Of a stretch of DNA of 64,000 nt, positions 12,317 to 25,276 are shown one piece after another (within the stretch, counting starts at the first letter, position 1; each line of letters begins with the position of its first letter). Origin of the DNA: Paragordius varius. Lineage: Eukaryota > Animalia > Nematomorpha. The stretch spans positions 10,788,001 to 10,852,000 of the forward strand of contig OZ176054.1 of assembly GCA_964247055.1 (NCBI GenBank), read 5' to 3'. The notes below the pieces were generated by a model that saw nothing but the letters and a program-made list of their open reading frames with translations, did not search any database and was not told where the DNA came from. A program made the position numbers and the translations under genes.

Positions 12317-12571
12317 ATGTATGCCAAATTGTTCATCTTGGTAAGTCCAGTTCATTCTTTGTTTTGAGAAATAGTTTTTAGCAGTTTTTTTGATTGAATT
12401 TATAAATATATATTTATATAGTTTGTCGCCATGATTGTCGTATTAGCAAGTGTGACAGAAGCCGCAGTTGCTGCTGAAAGATGGCCCTTCTTACCTTTCC
12501 CAGGGTTGGGGCTTGGCTTTGGAGGATTGCCTTTTGGGTTTGGTGGTTTTGGATTTCCATTTTTTGGATAA
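12317..12571 (+). CDS. Secreted Gly/Phe/Pro-rich small peptide (57 aa, two exons)
   Basis: Exon 12317-12340, GTAAGT..TAG intron, exon 12422-12571. Translation: MYAKLFILFVAMIVVLASVTEAAVAAERWPFLPFPGLGLGFGGLPFGFGGFGFPFFG*. Signal-peptide-like N-terminus; AATAAA near 12752. The ORF track misses it because it is spliced. Confidence 0.8.
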
Positions 12572-12984
12572 ATTTCATGCATACACACTTACTTAACACA
12601 CTCATCATTCAATTTATATTTTATTTTATATATATGCATTTATCCTTGCCATTTCTGAACAACGAATCTACCTCAACTAATTAAAATATTACCTGTAGTT
12701 TTTTTGATAATTGTAACCGCCCATTTTTTTTTTCAAATTCAAATTATGTGAAATAAATAAATTATAATTTATTTTACTAGTTTTTTGCCATTGTTTATGT
12801 TATGATTTGGTATTGTTTCAAAAAGTTTCGGTTTTAAGCTCCTTATGTCTGATGTTGTAATGAAGAGTAGGATTGAAACCAATTTGGTATAATAGAGATT
12901 TTGTGGAATTATGTATGTATGTAATTAACGAAATCAAACATTTTTTTATAGTTTTTCCACAAATACATATCCTTTTTTACCCTT

Positions 12985-13242
12985 ATGATTCGTCCGATTA
13001 TTAATATTCAACATAGTTTGATTCTGTTATTACTCTTGTTTATGATGACCATGTCTTTGGGACAATCTTTCCCTCTAGGGGGCGGATTTTTTGGGTTGGG
13101 TGGAGCTGGAAATTCCAACTTTTTTTGTTTTGGCAGTGGAATCGGGACCGGATCGTTTGGTCCTTTTGGAGGATTTCCTGGATTTCTCGGATTTGGTTTT
13201 GGTGGGTTCGGCGGTTTCCCAAACATCCCAAACTTTGGTTAA
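12985..13242 (+). CDS. Secreted Gly/Phe-rich small peptide (85 aa)
   Basis: Hydrophobic LILLLLLFMMTMSLG signal-like segment followed by GGF/GFG repeats, ending PNFG*. It is a GC-elevated island in AT-rich DNA. The start could be modified by an upstream exon (AG near 13016). Confidence 0.75.
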   Translation: MIRPIINIQHSLILLLLLFMMTMSLGQSFPLGGGFFGLGGAGNSNFFCFGSGIGTGSFGPFGGFPGFLGFGFGGFGGFPNIPNFG

Positions 13243-15921
13243 TGAAAAAAACACATGCCTTCTTTCTTCTGTTCCTTCACACAATCCCAAATTTTAATTA
13301 GTATATCAATAAAATTGATATTTTTGAATAAAAATAATTGATTGATTGAATAATAAATTATCGTGTAGATAAAAAAAGTAATTGGATATGAAAATATGTA
13401 TGGGTACTTTTTGTATTAAATTTTGGGTAATTAAATTGAGACGATGAATAAAGGAGCATATCTTTTATTTATTAAACTATATATATATATAAATAATTAC
13501 CATCACTGACAATAAAATAATATGATTTTTTAAAAAAATTATTATATGATATAGCTAAAAATTTTGAAAGCTTATATACCCCCCCTCCTATGCTTCAGGT
13601 TAATGTTTAAAACAGTTTAATATTTAAATTTTTGCTTTCTTATAAAGTTATTGTTTTGTCCACAATAGATTTCTAAGAAATGTTTTTAGGTTGTTTATGT
13701 GATAAAATTTTATACCTTTATAACTTTTAATTATATATAATACCATTAAATTGCTTTTACAAAATAGTATATATATTTTATAGATATTGAGTATTTTTAA
13801 TATGTATTTATTATTACAATAAAAGGTAATTCTACTAAAAATAAAATAATTGAATTAGGCATCATTTTTGCACATTAAGGGTAAAAATCCTAATATAAGA
13901 ATAAATCATTTTGGAATATATTTTGAAAATGTTTAAATTTCTAAACAAAAAAATTAAATGTCAATTAGCAAAATTTTCATCTGACTTTTAACATTTTGCC
14001 AAGTAAACAAATTTTTTATATATAGATTTAATTTAAGATGAGAAGCTTGGGTAATAAAAATTTATTGGTAACAATTACACTAGAATATAAAAATTAAAAA
14101 CAAAGATCAATTAGCTATAGAATTTTTTATGATCCGTAAATTTGATAAAAAAATCGATGATAACTGATATAATCATTAAATTTAATTTTTAATTTGTGCG
14201 ATGAAAATGTTTTAAATAAGGTTCGTATTCATGTCCCAAATAATGTAGAAAATAAATTAAATTATTATAAGTTTATTTACTAACCACTCTTGATGTTTCC
14301 ATTGGGTGAAAGTTTAAGTGTTAATAATTGCATATTTATTTCCTACATTATTTACACGTTAATACAAACCTTATTTAACAACCCTTCGTCTCACAAATTA
14401 AAAAATTAAATTTAATGATTTATCAGTTATTCTCTTTTTTATCAAATTTCACGGATCCTGAAAAAATACTAGATCGGAGGCACAATTCAAGTACCGCTGT
14501 ATAAGACAAATACAGGTATATGCATCGCACTCTGATCGCAATATATGTCTAAGCTCAATACCAAGTGTACATAATTACCACCAATTATTAAACGGTGAAA
14601 CTTAAACTAAAGCTATTATAATCTCTATTCGATAACTTCGACTTGGGTTTTGTTTCACAGGATTATTAAATCCTAATCTAATACCTGGTGTCCTCTAATT
14701 ATTATTTAGTTTTTATTTTTTGAGGAGCAATGATGTTTAATATGAATGGTAGGACATGGTTAATTTTTACTGATAAATAAAACATAACTATAAATACCAT
14801 TTAAGGCATAAATCCAATTATTTAATTTGACTGAGCTGTATAATAAGCAGAAGTCTCATCAGATATATTTAGTCTCGTTTCTGATTTTTTAATATAAACT
14901 TTTGATTTTAGTAATCCAGTACGATTTTCTCTGTCGCGATTTAGATGCGAAATATATTTTACCCAGAGGTTATAATATGAGTTTATAATGTCAAATATTT
15001 AAGAATATTAGTATGTTACGGTTCATGCCGGGTAGACATATAAAATGTTTGACACCAAAATCATATAAAAATAACAGCATTGAACATACGACTTTTTTTA
15101 AAAAGTTCAGTCCTATCCATAATCAACTAGTTAAATTAAATTTTATAAAATTAAAAAAAAAATTTTTTCCGGACATAAGCCACATACCCTCCATGTTGCA
15201 TAATTAGATTAGCAAAAATGTTAATAGGGTCATGCATCACAATTATATCCGGCTAAGAGGCTAAATTTTTCTATTGGCTATGAATGTGATTAAAATTATT
15301 AAAATTGTTTATATTTCGAGCTAATTCCTTAAATCTTTTTTAATCACAACTATAGCTAATATGATAATTTATATTTAGCTATTATAGTACGAGAATCATC
15401 TCTTGAAGGTTAACGTATTAAGGTGGACCCATAAGTTCTTTAAAATGAATCTTTTATATTAAAATCATAAACGTGCTTATTGAATTGCGAATGTTTGATT
15501 TAAGAATTGAGAATGGAAAAAAATCTTAAAACCTAGACTAATAATTTATTAAAATTTCTCAATTTTCATAGAATTACAACATTCAGTATTTCTGAGGGTA
15601 AAATAAAATTTTCAACAAATATTTAATTGAAATGATTCATATGTGTAACCGAAAAATGCGAAAACTATCTAGTATGGATTATAAGGATTTGCTCATAAAC
15701 ATATTGTGCTGTTTTAAATTTTATAATTAGTCGTATGATTGTTTAGGACCACCTGTTTTTTATAAGAAAATACCATTAAAACACCAAATAAATTAAATAA
15801 AGGTGGGGAATTTGAAAAAAACCACGGTTTCTGAAATATTATTTAATCATCCAGGCAACTTTATTAAAATAAATACTATATATTAAAATATATTTGTAAA
15901 TTGATAAAATGTTTTAATTAG

Positions 15922-16108
15922 AGCAATATTTGATGGTTTTCTGGATACGAGTACCGACAAAAGTTTTGTTTGTCCGTATGGATACGTTGTGTCCAAAACA
16001 ATCCACATAAGTCAATACATTTTTTGTCCAATATCGAATTGCCATGGTATTGTTATAGCTATAAAGAATGATGTGACTTGTGTTGACAAACACAGACATG
16101 CGCTATAA
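15922..16108 (+). CDS. Candidate terminal exon of an unknown Cys-containing protein
   Basis: After TTAG, an open frame reads AIFDGFLDTSTDKSFVCPYGYVVSKTIHISQYIFCPISNCHGIVIAIKNDVTCVDKHRHAL*. No partner exon was identified, and the antisense frame is also open. Confidence 0.3.
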
Positions 16109-17567
16109 GTTAAACAAAAATCAAACCATCAATATATCTCAAATTATTATAATGAAAAATAAGGACGATTAAATGGATTGAGAAACAAGATTTAAAGTAT
16201 ATTAGTACTAAATATTAAAAATAATTATCTTAATTTACACCATATTTGCATCATTTTTGTGTGCTTTTGCTAAAAAAAATATATAGTTCACATAAGAATT
16301 GGGCGGATCAAATGAAAAATATTGGTGTCCACTCTTAGTCAAATTAGGGGTAAACTCATAAATCCATAAATTTTTTAGAACATAATAAAAGTGCCATAAT
16401 GTTAATATTATTTACAAGAATAAAAATCAACATTCTCAGTCACCAAAAAGAAAAATTTAATTTGAAAAGCAATGAATAAATATATGTAACAAGTTATATA
16501 GAGTATGAATGGGTTAAGAAAAATTTTATTTATGAATATATATTTTTCCTATTTTTAAATTTTGCATTAATCTCAAAAAATTACTCATTTTTAATAAATT
16601 ATTCATTTTTTAAATTATTCTCTATAAATCCTATTGTCTATTATAAATGAAATTCAATAATATTTATTATATAAATTTATTAATTAACTACTTTGCATCT
16701 GAGAAAAATTCACTTTCATAAACAGTTTATTATTATTAATCCATATGGATCAATAGTGTATTTGTAAAAAAGTTTATGACCCGATATTTTTATTAAATAT
16801 TTTATGTAAACAGGTAAAAGGTAAATAAAGATGAGCCTTCAGTTTTTAATTGATGCCCAAGGAAAAAGGCACCTAATCTTAAGATATTGAAAAATAATTA
16901 GGTATTATAAAAAAAGCAAAAAAATTTTCATGCATAGTTAATACACGGAATCATTTCATGAAATTAATTAATTTTAGCCATTTTGAGAAAAATATCCTCT
17001 ATGACAAAAGATGACTTTCAATTGTAAATTAGGCATAACAGAACACACTATTGTTTCAGGCACCAAATTTGGACACAAAACAAGAAGTAATAAAAGTTAT
17101 GCGTTACAAAGATTTAAAAATTTAATAATACCAACTTTCCCTATATTTGATCAAAGATTTGAAATATATTACGTAAAATTTTACCACATGAAATACAATC
17201 ATCTCAATTATATTTGACACTATAAAGATTTTAATGTATTATACATTTATTAAAGACTCATAGTTAATTACTATAAAAAAAATTTCAAAGCATTTTATTT
17301 TTTAAATCGTTGTACCAATACATTTAACCTTAATCACAATAACGCAATGATACGAATTTATATTATAAATCCCCTTTCGGCAATATATTTGCCACGATTT
17401 AAAATTCTTACTTTTGGCAGAATTTATAACTTTCATAAAAATCCTATTAAAATTTTTGTAGTTAAGACAAATGCAAACTTTCCTCTATAATAACAGTTGT
17501 TTAAATCCGTAATATAATGATAAAGGATAATTAAATAGAATTAAATGAAATTATAAGAAATTATAAA

Positions 17568-17670
17568 CGATATGTGAAACCCTTCGTCAATAGTAATCGC
17601 AGACTAGATTCGTGCTTGTTAGCACTCATCAGTACGACACAACTATTTGAATTGGGGTTTTCACATATCG
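17568..17670 (-). ncRNA. Second hammerhead ribozyme copy, core mutated (GAAA to GAAU)
   Basis: Near-identical to 6992-7094 (shared block about 17539-17674 vs 6959-7098). The A at 17608 changes the conserved A15.1, so it is probably impaired. Confidence 0.75.
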
Positions 17671-18428
17671 ATTTACCATTACAATTTCCTCTATAATGTA
17701 ATTAAATATTCATATTAAACATATGCTCCCATGTATGACAAAGTTTGAAATTAATTTATACAAAAACGTTTTTTGATTGCAACGTAATTAACACAGATAT
17801 ATATACAGCATACATTTACAGGTCGGATCACATGGACAGTCAGGGTTAGATTGTGTATATTTTCCATCGATATGTAACATTTGTTAGCATTCGATATATT
17901 CAATGTAAACTAAAATATAGAAAATATCTTAAAATAATAATAAAAACACGTTTGATAGCAGAAATTTTTTTTATGAAATTATTTACGTTTGCGTTTTATA
18001 TACCTTAACGACCTCTATCATTGGTCAGCTTTTTAATCGGTTTAAAGGATGCTAGATTTACGTGTGTTTTAGCATATATTAAAATATTTATATTTAATCG
18101 TTACCTATTCAACTGTACTTGTATATAAACAATATATATTGCTTATGACCTAGTCCGCAATGAAATAAAGGCTTACACAGAACACAATAAAATATTCGAT
18201 GAAAGATATTAAATCTGATAGACACAAGAATATTATGTTGCTTTAGGTTTTAGGGCTTAATAGTGATTTAATTTTTTTGGTAAATGCTTCAGATCGAAAT
18301 TGGCAAAAATAAGGCAATAAAATAATTTGAGATCTAACAGCATTAATACAAAATATCGTTAAAAAAACTATTTTTAAAGCAAATACCATATGGGTATTAG
18401 ATCTAAAATTTTATGTTAATATTTTTAA

Positions 18429-19456
18429 CACTTCGATTTAAATTTGGGTATCTAAACACCCCAGACTATATTTAAGGTTAAATTTTTAAAAAACTACTGA
18501 AAGAAATAATCCCATTTAAATTCAAGCTTCTATCCTAATACAAATTATGTAAATAAGCCGAAGCATCTAAAGAAAATTTTGTTTTGAAAAAAAAAGTTTC
18601 ATATCAAACTACTTCGACGAATTTTTATTTTACAACATTTTGGCAAAATATCGTGTATCTTTATTTTAAAGCTAAAATATAAGCTAGTTTTTAATTTAAA
18701 TCACATCTAACATTGAGAGAAACATAAAAAGTGGTTTATTTTGTATTATTTTTAAATTTAGCCAATGCACACATGTCTGACCAATTTACCTTGAGGTTTT
18801 ATCTAAAAATAATTAAAATCTAGTATTTTTGAATGATATTTTTATATATTTCGGTTTATTAATGTTATTCTGCAATTTTCGCCATTGTTTTAATTCATTC
18901 CATATTTTCTGAATTGATACCCTAGACTATATTTAAGGTTAAATTTTTAAAAATTACTGAAAGGAATAACCCAATTTAAATTAAAGCTTCTATCCCAATA
19001 CAAATTATATAAATAAGCCGAAATATCTAAATAAAATTTGTTTTGAAAAAAAAAGTTTCATATCAAACAGCTTCGACGCAATTTTTATTTTACAATATTT
19101 TGGATAAATATCGTGTTATTTTATTTTAAAGCTAAAATATAAGCTAGTTTTTTATTATAATCACATCTAACATTGATAGAAACATAAAAAGTGGTTTATT
19201 TTGTATTATTTTTAAATTTAGCTAATGCACACATTGACTAAATTTTTACCTAGAGTTTTTGTCTAAAAATAATTAATATCTAGTATTTTTGAATGATATT
19301 TTTATATATTTCGGTTTATAAATGTTATAAATCTACAATTTTTGCCATTGTTTTAATTCATTCCATATTTTCTGAATTATTTTATTTTAAACAGGCCTGG
19401 GATATCCATCCACCCCAATTTAAATCCAAACCTTAAAAATGTGTTGTATTCAAGTG
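18429..19456 (+). mobile_element. PB-MITE copy with internal ~460-bp tandem duplication
   Basis: TTAA at 18425-18428 and 19457-19460. The internal block starting AGACTATATTTAAGGTTAAATTTTTAAAA recurs at about 18463 and 18923. Confidence 0.82.
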
Positions 19457-19838
19457 TTAAATAAAGGAAAAAAGCCGAGATTACACGGTATATATGCTAG
19501 ATTATGACATCATAAAAGTTTTTTTTAACAATGCATACTTTGCTTCACCATTAAATTTAGGCGGTTGAGGCGTAGTACAGCATAATGTTTTAAAGCATGT
19601 GGAAATGTTTTAAAACGTTTTGAGATATTATAACAATTTTTTAATATAATTCGATGCTTACCTCTAAAGTTAAATAAAATGTTAGTTTGGCTAAAAAATT
19701 TCGTTTTTATACGCAATTTTGTTTTAATTTATACTTAAAAATATCAATAAAAACAGTGTTTAAATGTAAATTAATTATAATGTCTTTTTAAGTGATAAAA
19801 AAATGCTGTCTTTGATTGAAAAAACGATGCGTTTAAGC

Positions 19839-20139
19839 CAGTGGTTTTTATGTTGCGCCCAACCAAATAGAAAATAAAAATTCTTGCAACCCGCTCTTTT
19901 AACAAAATCCAAGATAAAAATGTAATATATATTATAATATTATTAAATCCCAATCAACGTGATCCTTATATTAGCATTTATTGAAATATCTTTTCTATAT
20001 CGGTCAAATTTAATAACTTGAAATCCTTCAATTTGTTTCTGTTTAATTTTTTTATTAAACTCTCCAAATTTTTTGCGCCCCCTTAGATTTTTCTACGCCC
20101 CTTGGGGGGGAAGGGGGGAGCGCTCTTTGGAAACCACTG
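19839..20139. mobile_element. hAT-like MITE
   Basis: CAGTGGTTT..AAACCACTG termini. The 8-bp flanks GTTTAAGC and GCTTAAGC match at 7 of 8 positions, as expected for a hAT TSD. The subterminal region is G/C-rich. Confidence 0.7.
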
Positions 20140-20519
20140 GCTTAAGCACAAATGTTGCGTTCGAAAGTAAATTACGTTCGATACACTGTTTTTAAATAAT
20201 GATATATCGGAAAATTTGTGTTTTGATAATATTATAAACCAATTTTCGTACATGTTGCCTTTTTTAATAAAATTCATTTTACCAATATCTTATTTTATAG
20301 TGTACTTTTAAAATTCAATAATTAATTTGAAAGATAGTATTATAGTTTTTAATTAAGCGCATTGTGGGGAGCCAATTAACTTAAAGCCGGCCAGGCAAAT
20401 TATTTGTTTTTTTGATTTTTTGGTAAAGATTTTTGTTTTTATTAGTTGAACTAGATTCGCTTCAATCGTCCCGTATAGAAGTTTTAAATAAATTTTTTTA
20501 TATTATCATAATAAAAATT

Positions 20520-20955
20520 ATATAAATAAGCCACATTTTCTTTTAGTTTTGAAAAAAAAATCCATATCAAATTGGTGGGACGCTATTCAAAACATTGCAA
20601 AATATCGTGTTTATTTGTAACGCCTATGTTAAATTTTATATTTAATTCAAATTCACATCTAACATAGTTATAAAGAGAAAAATTGGTTTGTTTTGCATTA
20701 TTTTTATATTTAACTAATGCACGCATGCCATGTTGGCTAAATATTTACTTTGAGGTTTATCCACAAAATAAATTATATAATTTTTTTTAATGAATCCTTT
20801 TTTATATTTTGGTTCATTAATATTATATAAGTGCAACTTTTGCAAGCTTCAATTTGTCCCATAGTTTAAAAATATCTGATTTTGAATAGGCCTGGGATCC
20901 CATAAATCCCAATACGAATTGGAGAACTGAAATGAATGTGTTGCATCCATGTTTT
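20520..20955 (+). mobile_element. Degenerate PB-MITE copy
   Basis: Recognisable internal motifs (CATATCAAA, TGCACGCATG, AGGCCTGGG, AAATGAATGTGTTG) in the family order; termini eroded; boundaries approximate. Confidence 0.6.
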
Positions 20956-22016
20956 ACTTTCCAAATTTTTAGACTAAAAATATCATTGGCAGCAAAAAAT
21001 AAAATATATAAAATTACATCCTCTATCCATTGTACTTCGTATGGGGAATAGTCAAAGAAACTTTTAACAATATCAAAATTCATGATATTTATTGAGGAGA
21101 AATTTTGCGATGTCTTGAATACATTCAAATCTAAAGTGTTTATAACGTTGACAATTCTCATGTTATTGTTTCCAAGATTGGCAATTTCCACATAAATGTT
21201 TCTACAAAGAATATATTTATGAAAAATATTATAAGCATGCAATGTAAAACCGATAATTTATGTTTCCAAATGCAATACCATGATGCTGACCCCTTAAAAG
21301 ACATTTTTACAATATTTAAGGTGATAACAGGCTCAAGGTGAAATTTTTGGGCCCATTAAGTTCTCCCAGTTTAAATTTCTTATTAAAGATATATGATTAA
21401 CATAAAATGAATTAAAAGTCATCTAGAGTGTTATTTAATATTATGTTTTTATGAGCATGTTTAACGATATTTATAAACCAAACAAATTTTTGGCGGTAGA
21501 AAGTTTTAAAATTTCATATATTTTAATCATACTAGGCACCAGGTCATAAAATCTCTTTTTAAGATTTTTAATTAAGGCTATGGAAAAAGTGATTTATTTG
21601 GTTAAAAAAGTAAAAAAAATGATTTTCGTGCTATATTTAGCATATACTTTTTTTAACAAGTTTCAAAATGGGTGACCGGAGCAGACAAAAACAATAAAGT
21701 AATAAATAAATATTGTGTAAAATATTCGGATTGAATTTGCACAAAATTTTCAAATAAATATTTATTATACATATTTCGCCATCGCAGGTACCGAACGGGT
21801 TAACCACATATTTTCAATAAAAAATATTTACTGGTTATGAGAAACTAAGCTCTCTAAACAAAACCGATGCTAAAGTTATATTTCACATTTTGTAAGAATT
21901 TCCATATCCATATTTCAACGAAATCTTATATCAATTCCTTTAAATTGTATTCCAAAAATTGGATACGCTTTCCTTTTCAACTGACGAAGCTTATGGAACT
22001 AAATATTATTTACAGT

Positions 22017-22234
22017 TTAAATCACCCTTCAATTCAAATTCGTGTTTTTGGACTAATATGACTCATTATGATATATATCTTTATGGCATAGTTAATTTTT
22101 TTAATGTTAATTATTTAAACAAAATTTAGTTTAAAAATATATAAAAAATATATAATTTTTAATCTTAAAAAACAATTAATTTATTTAAGGGTGAATTTGT
22201 ATTATTCAAGGGTGAATTTGAATTGTATATGGTA
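22017..22234 (+). mobile_element. Degenerate TA-MITE copy
   Basis: ATATATCTTTATGGCATAGTT core and GGGTGAATTTGAATTG right-end repeats. Confidence 0.65.
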
Positions 22235-23197
22235 TATTATATCTAAAATCTATAAAAATAGTTTTTAAAATTAGCAGTATATTTTACATGCAGCTTGGTT
22301 CCCAAATTTATTTTTTTGCATTTTCAAGTGTATCCCAAAATAGAATACAAAAATTACTATTTTAACCTAATTTTATTAATATAGGTGTAGATTTTTGATG
22401 TCTGTTCTACATTTCGGAAAAATTAAATTAAATCGAGGGAATGTTCAAAATAAAAGGAAACGCGTTGGTTATTCTAACTATGATTTTTCAGCGTATGCAG
22501 AAAAGGCTTGCAATTTTAAAATATATATTAAAAATTAACATTTCATTTAACTTCACAAAGCTTTAGATAATTTACAATTAGCATTTCCAAACATTGCGAT
22601 TTTAAATGGTTATCCTAGAAAAAAAAGTACCCATTAAAACATATTATTTCACAGAACGACTTCAATTCAATCTCCATATTCAAACAGGCAAATAATTTTT
22701 ATTTTAATATATGAAAAATATTGTCGTATAAACTTTATCTTATCTCTCCCTTTACTTCCTGGGCGGACGAAATTATATATTCCAGGATCCCGAATAAGTT
22801 GACAAATTCTCTGAGTATTGATATAATTGGCTAAATATTAATATAAAAAGATTCTATAAATAACACATAACCTATTGACTATAGTTTATAAAACAAATAC
22901 TTTAATTTTAGCCTAAAATAATTTTTTTATTATCATCATTAGAACGGTCAAAAGAAGTGTATACTTGATTAATAATAATCAAAGGACTTACTTATACTTA
23001 AATAACTCCTAGGCTACTCATAAATTGGTAACTTTCAGACTATGTTTTTAACTAGTTAAATTTTATTCTATAATTTATAGCGCAATTTTAAAAAAGTCCA
23101 ATGTAAGCTCCATTTTAGAAATAACTTGAATAATTTATGGTATATTATATTGTTTGAAACAATTTTAAATATGGAAGCGCTATTTATGTTATATTAA

Positions 23198-23773
23198 CAC
23201 TTGGATACAACACACTCATTTTAGTCCTTCGATTTAAATTGGGGTAGTTGGATACCCCAGGCCTGTTTAAAATCAAATACTTTAAAAAGTATGGAAGCAA
23301 TCGAAACCATGGCAAAATTTTGCACTTATAACATTAATAAACCGAAATATAAAAAAATTTTTATTCAAAAATACTTGATATTACTTATTTTGAGCTAAAA
23401 TCGAAAGGTAAAAATTTAGTCAACATCATATGTGTCAAATTGTAAAATTAAAAAATAATACAAAAACCGCTTTTTCTATTTCTATCAATGTTAGATGTAA
23501 TTTATATAAAAATTAAGCTTTAGTTTTACCCTTAAAATTAAATGAAGACGATATTTTGCAAAATTTTTGTAAAATAAAAATGGCGTCGAAGTAGTTTGAG
23601 ATAAAACTTTTTTTCAAAACAAAATTTTATCAAGATATTTTGGCATATTTATATAATATTTATCAGGATAGAAGCATAAATTTAAATTGGGACCGTTTCC
23701 TTCAGTAGTTTTTTAAAAATTTTAATTTAAATTTAGTCTGGCGTATTTAGATACCCCAATTTGAATCGAAGTG
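23198..23773 (-). mobile_element. PB-MITE full-length uninterrupted copy (576 bp)
   Basis: TTAA on both sides, CACTT/AAGTG termini and both subterminal repeats present; reverse orientation relative to 2538-4614. Confidence 0.88.
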
Positions 23774-25276
23774 TTAAGGTTAATTTTCGAAGAGTAAATA
23801 ACATCTTTACACAGCTAATCAACGGAATTATATATATTTTTTAATATATTTAAAATATTGGGTTAAAACATGCCATAAAAAATATATTTCAGGATTGATA
23901 CCAATTCTTAATCGATTTTACTTATAAAAACAAGCATTAAAAACTTTTGATTTTCGGCTTGACTTGGTTATTTTATTAATCCTTAGTCTTATATTGCAAA
24001 TCATAGCAATGATTGAATTTTTTAAAAAAAATATAGAATGAATGTATAATTACTTCTGCCATGAACCATTGTCCAGGAATCTATTTATATATCAAAATCA
24101 TAAAAAAAGCTTAAATATAAACCTATTTAATCCAAAAATTAATAAACCACATTTTTTAGATATTTTACAAAGAAATTATAGTAAACTACCGACATATAAA
24201 TTTTTTTTAACAATTATTATTATATAAATTTATTGTAATTTGGAATTTAAATAAACTTTCTATAATCATTTATCAAAGCCCTATTAAATTGTGGTGCAAC
24301 AATGTTTATGCATAAAGCTTTAGTTAAAATATCATTATATCGTTTTATCAATCAAATATTTTATACCATCATCCTCGCATTTAGATATGACAAGTTTAAG
24401 ACTAATGCCTTTTTCGAAGCTAAATGAATCATTTGCTTTGATCAAAATATTGGATAAATAATTGATGCGAGAAGTTGGCCAAATCGCTGTTTGAAAGGAA
24501 TACTGAGTTTTTTCGATTGGGTCGTAATAAATTTCATATAACGTTAGTGGTTTCCTCCATTTTTGTATAAATCTTAACTTTAAATATTTACATAGAAATA
24601 AATAAATATAAAAGAAAAAACTAACATTTTTTACCTTCATAACACTAGGACATTTTTAAGCACCACCACTCAAACTTTTTAAATTATGACTAATTTCAGT
24701 GTTTTAAAACCGAATTTGAAAATTTTGATCCCGCCAATCAGAATTTTGAAATTTTAAAGGTTTTTCAATTTTTCAAAAAACAAGAGAAAATCGAGAGAAA
24801 ATTAAATATAACTTTATAATAAAATGTTATTATATTATAAACTTAATATCATTAAATAGAGCGTTTTAAACTCTATCTTTTGAATATAAATATGTCATTT
24901 AAATATCAGAGGGAAAAAAATAGTGCGGACTTAAACGTCAAAATTTAGTCTTTTTTTCAAGTAAATAACACATATAAATTTTTTTTAAAAAAATACTAAA
25001 AAAGGCATTCTATGGCTTAAACCTTCGGCTTTCAGATAGGCTATATTTTTTTTGTTAGATCGTTCTTTCGAGTACTTATTAGACTTTTTCTCTTGAGTTG
25101 GTTCTTATAAAAAATCCTTTATTTATACCTAGTGGATATACCTTATTTTTTTAAAATTATTGGTTGTTTTGTATTTTGAATTTCAGATGGATGTTGTGTA
25201 GCCACTTTTAGTAGAATTTACTGTTATGGGGTTGGACCATTTGTATTTACCTAATTTTTATTCAATTTAATTGTAG

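Noticed and set aside
13008-13297. Pro/Lys/Asn-rich ORFs (also 12400-12608)
   Set aside because: They are antisense or off-frame shadows of the Gly/Phe codons of the secreted peptides.
14832-14885. Third CUGAUGA motif on the minus strand
   Set aside because: It lacks GAAA after the possible stem II and has no NUH site or stem I, so it is not a hammerhead.
22756-22830. Possible minus-strand exon (two frames open after TTTAG)
   Set aside because: The frame is ambiguous, no partner exons could be linked and no motif was recognised.
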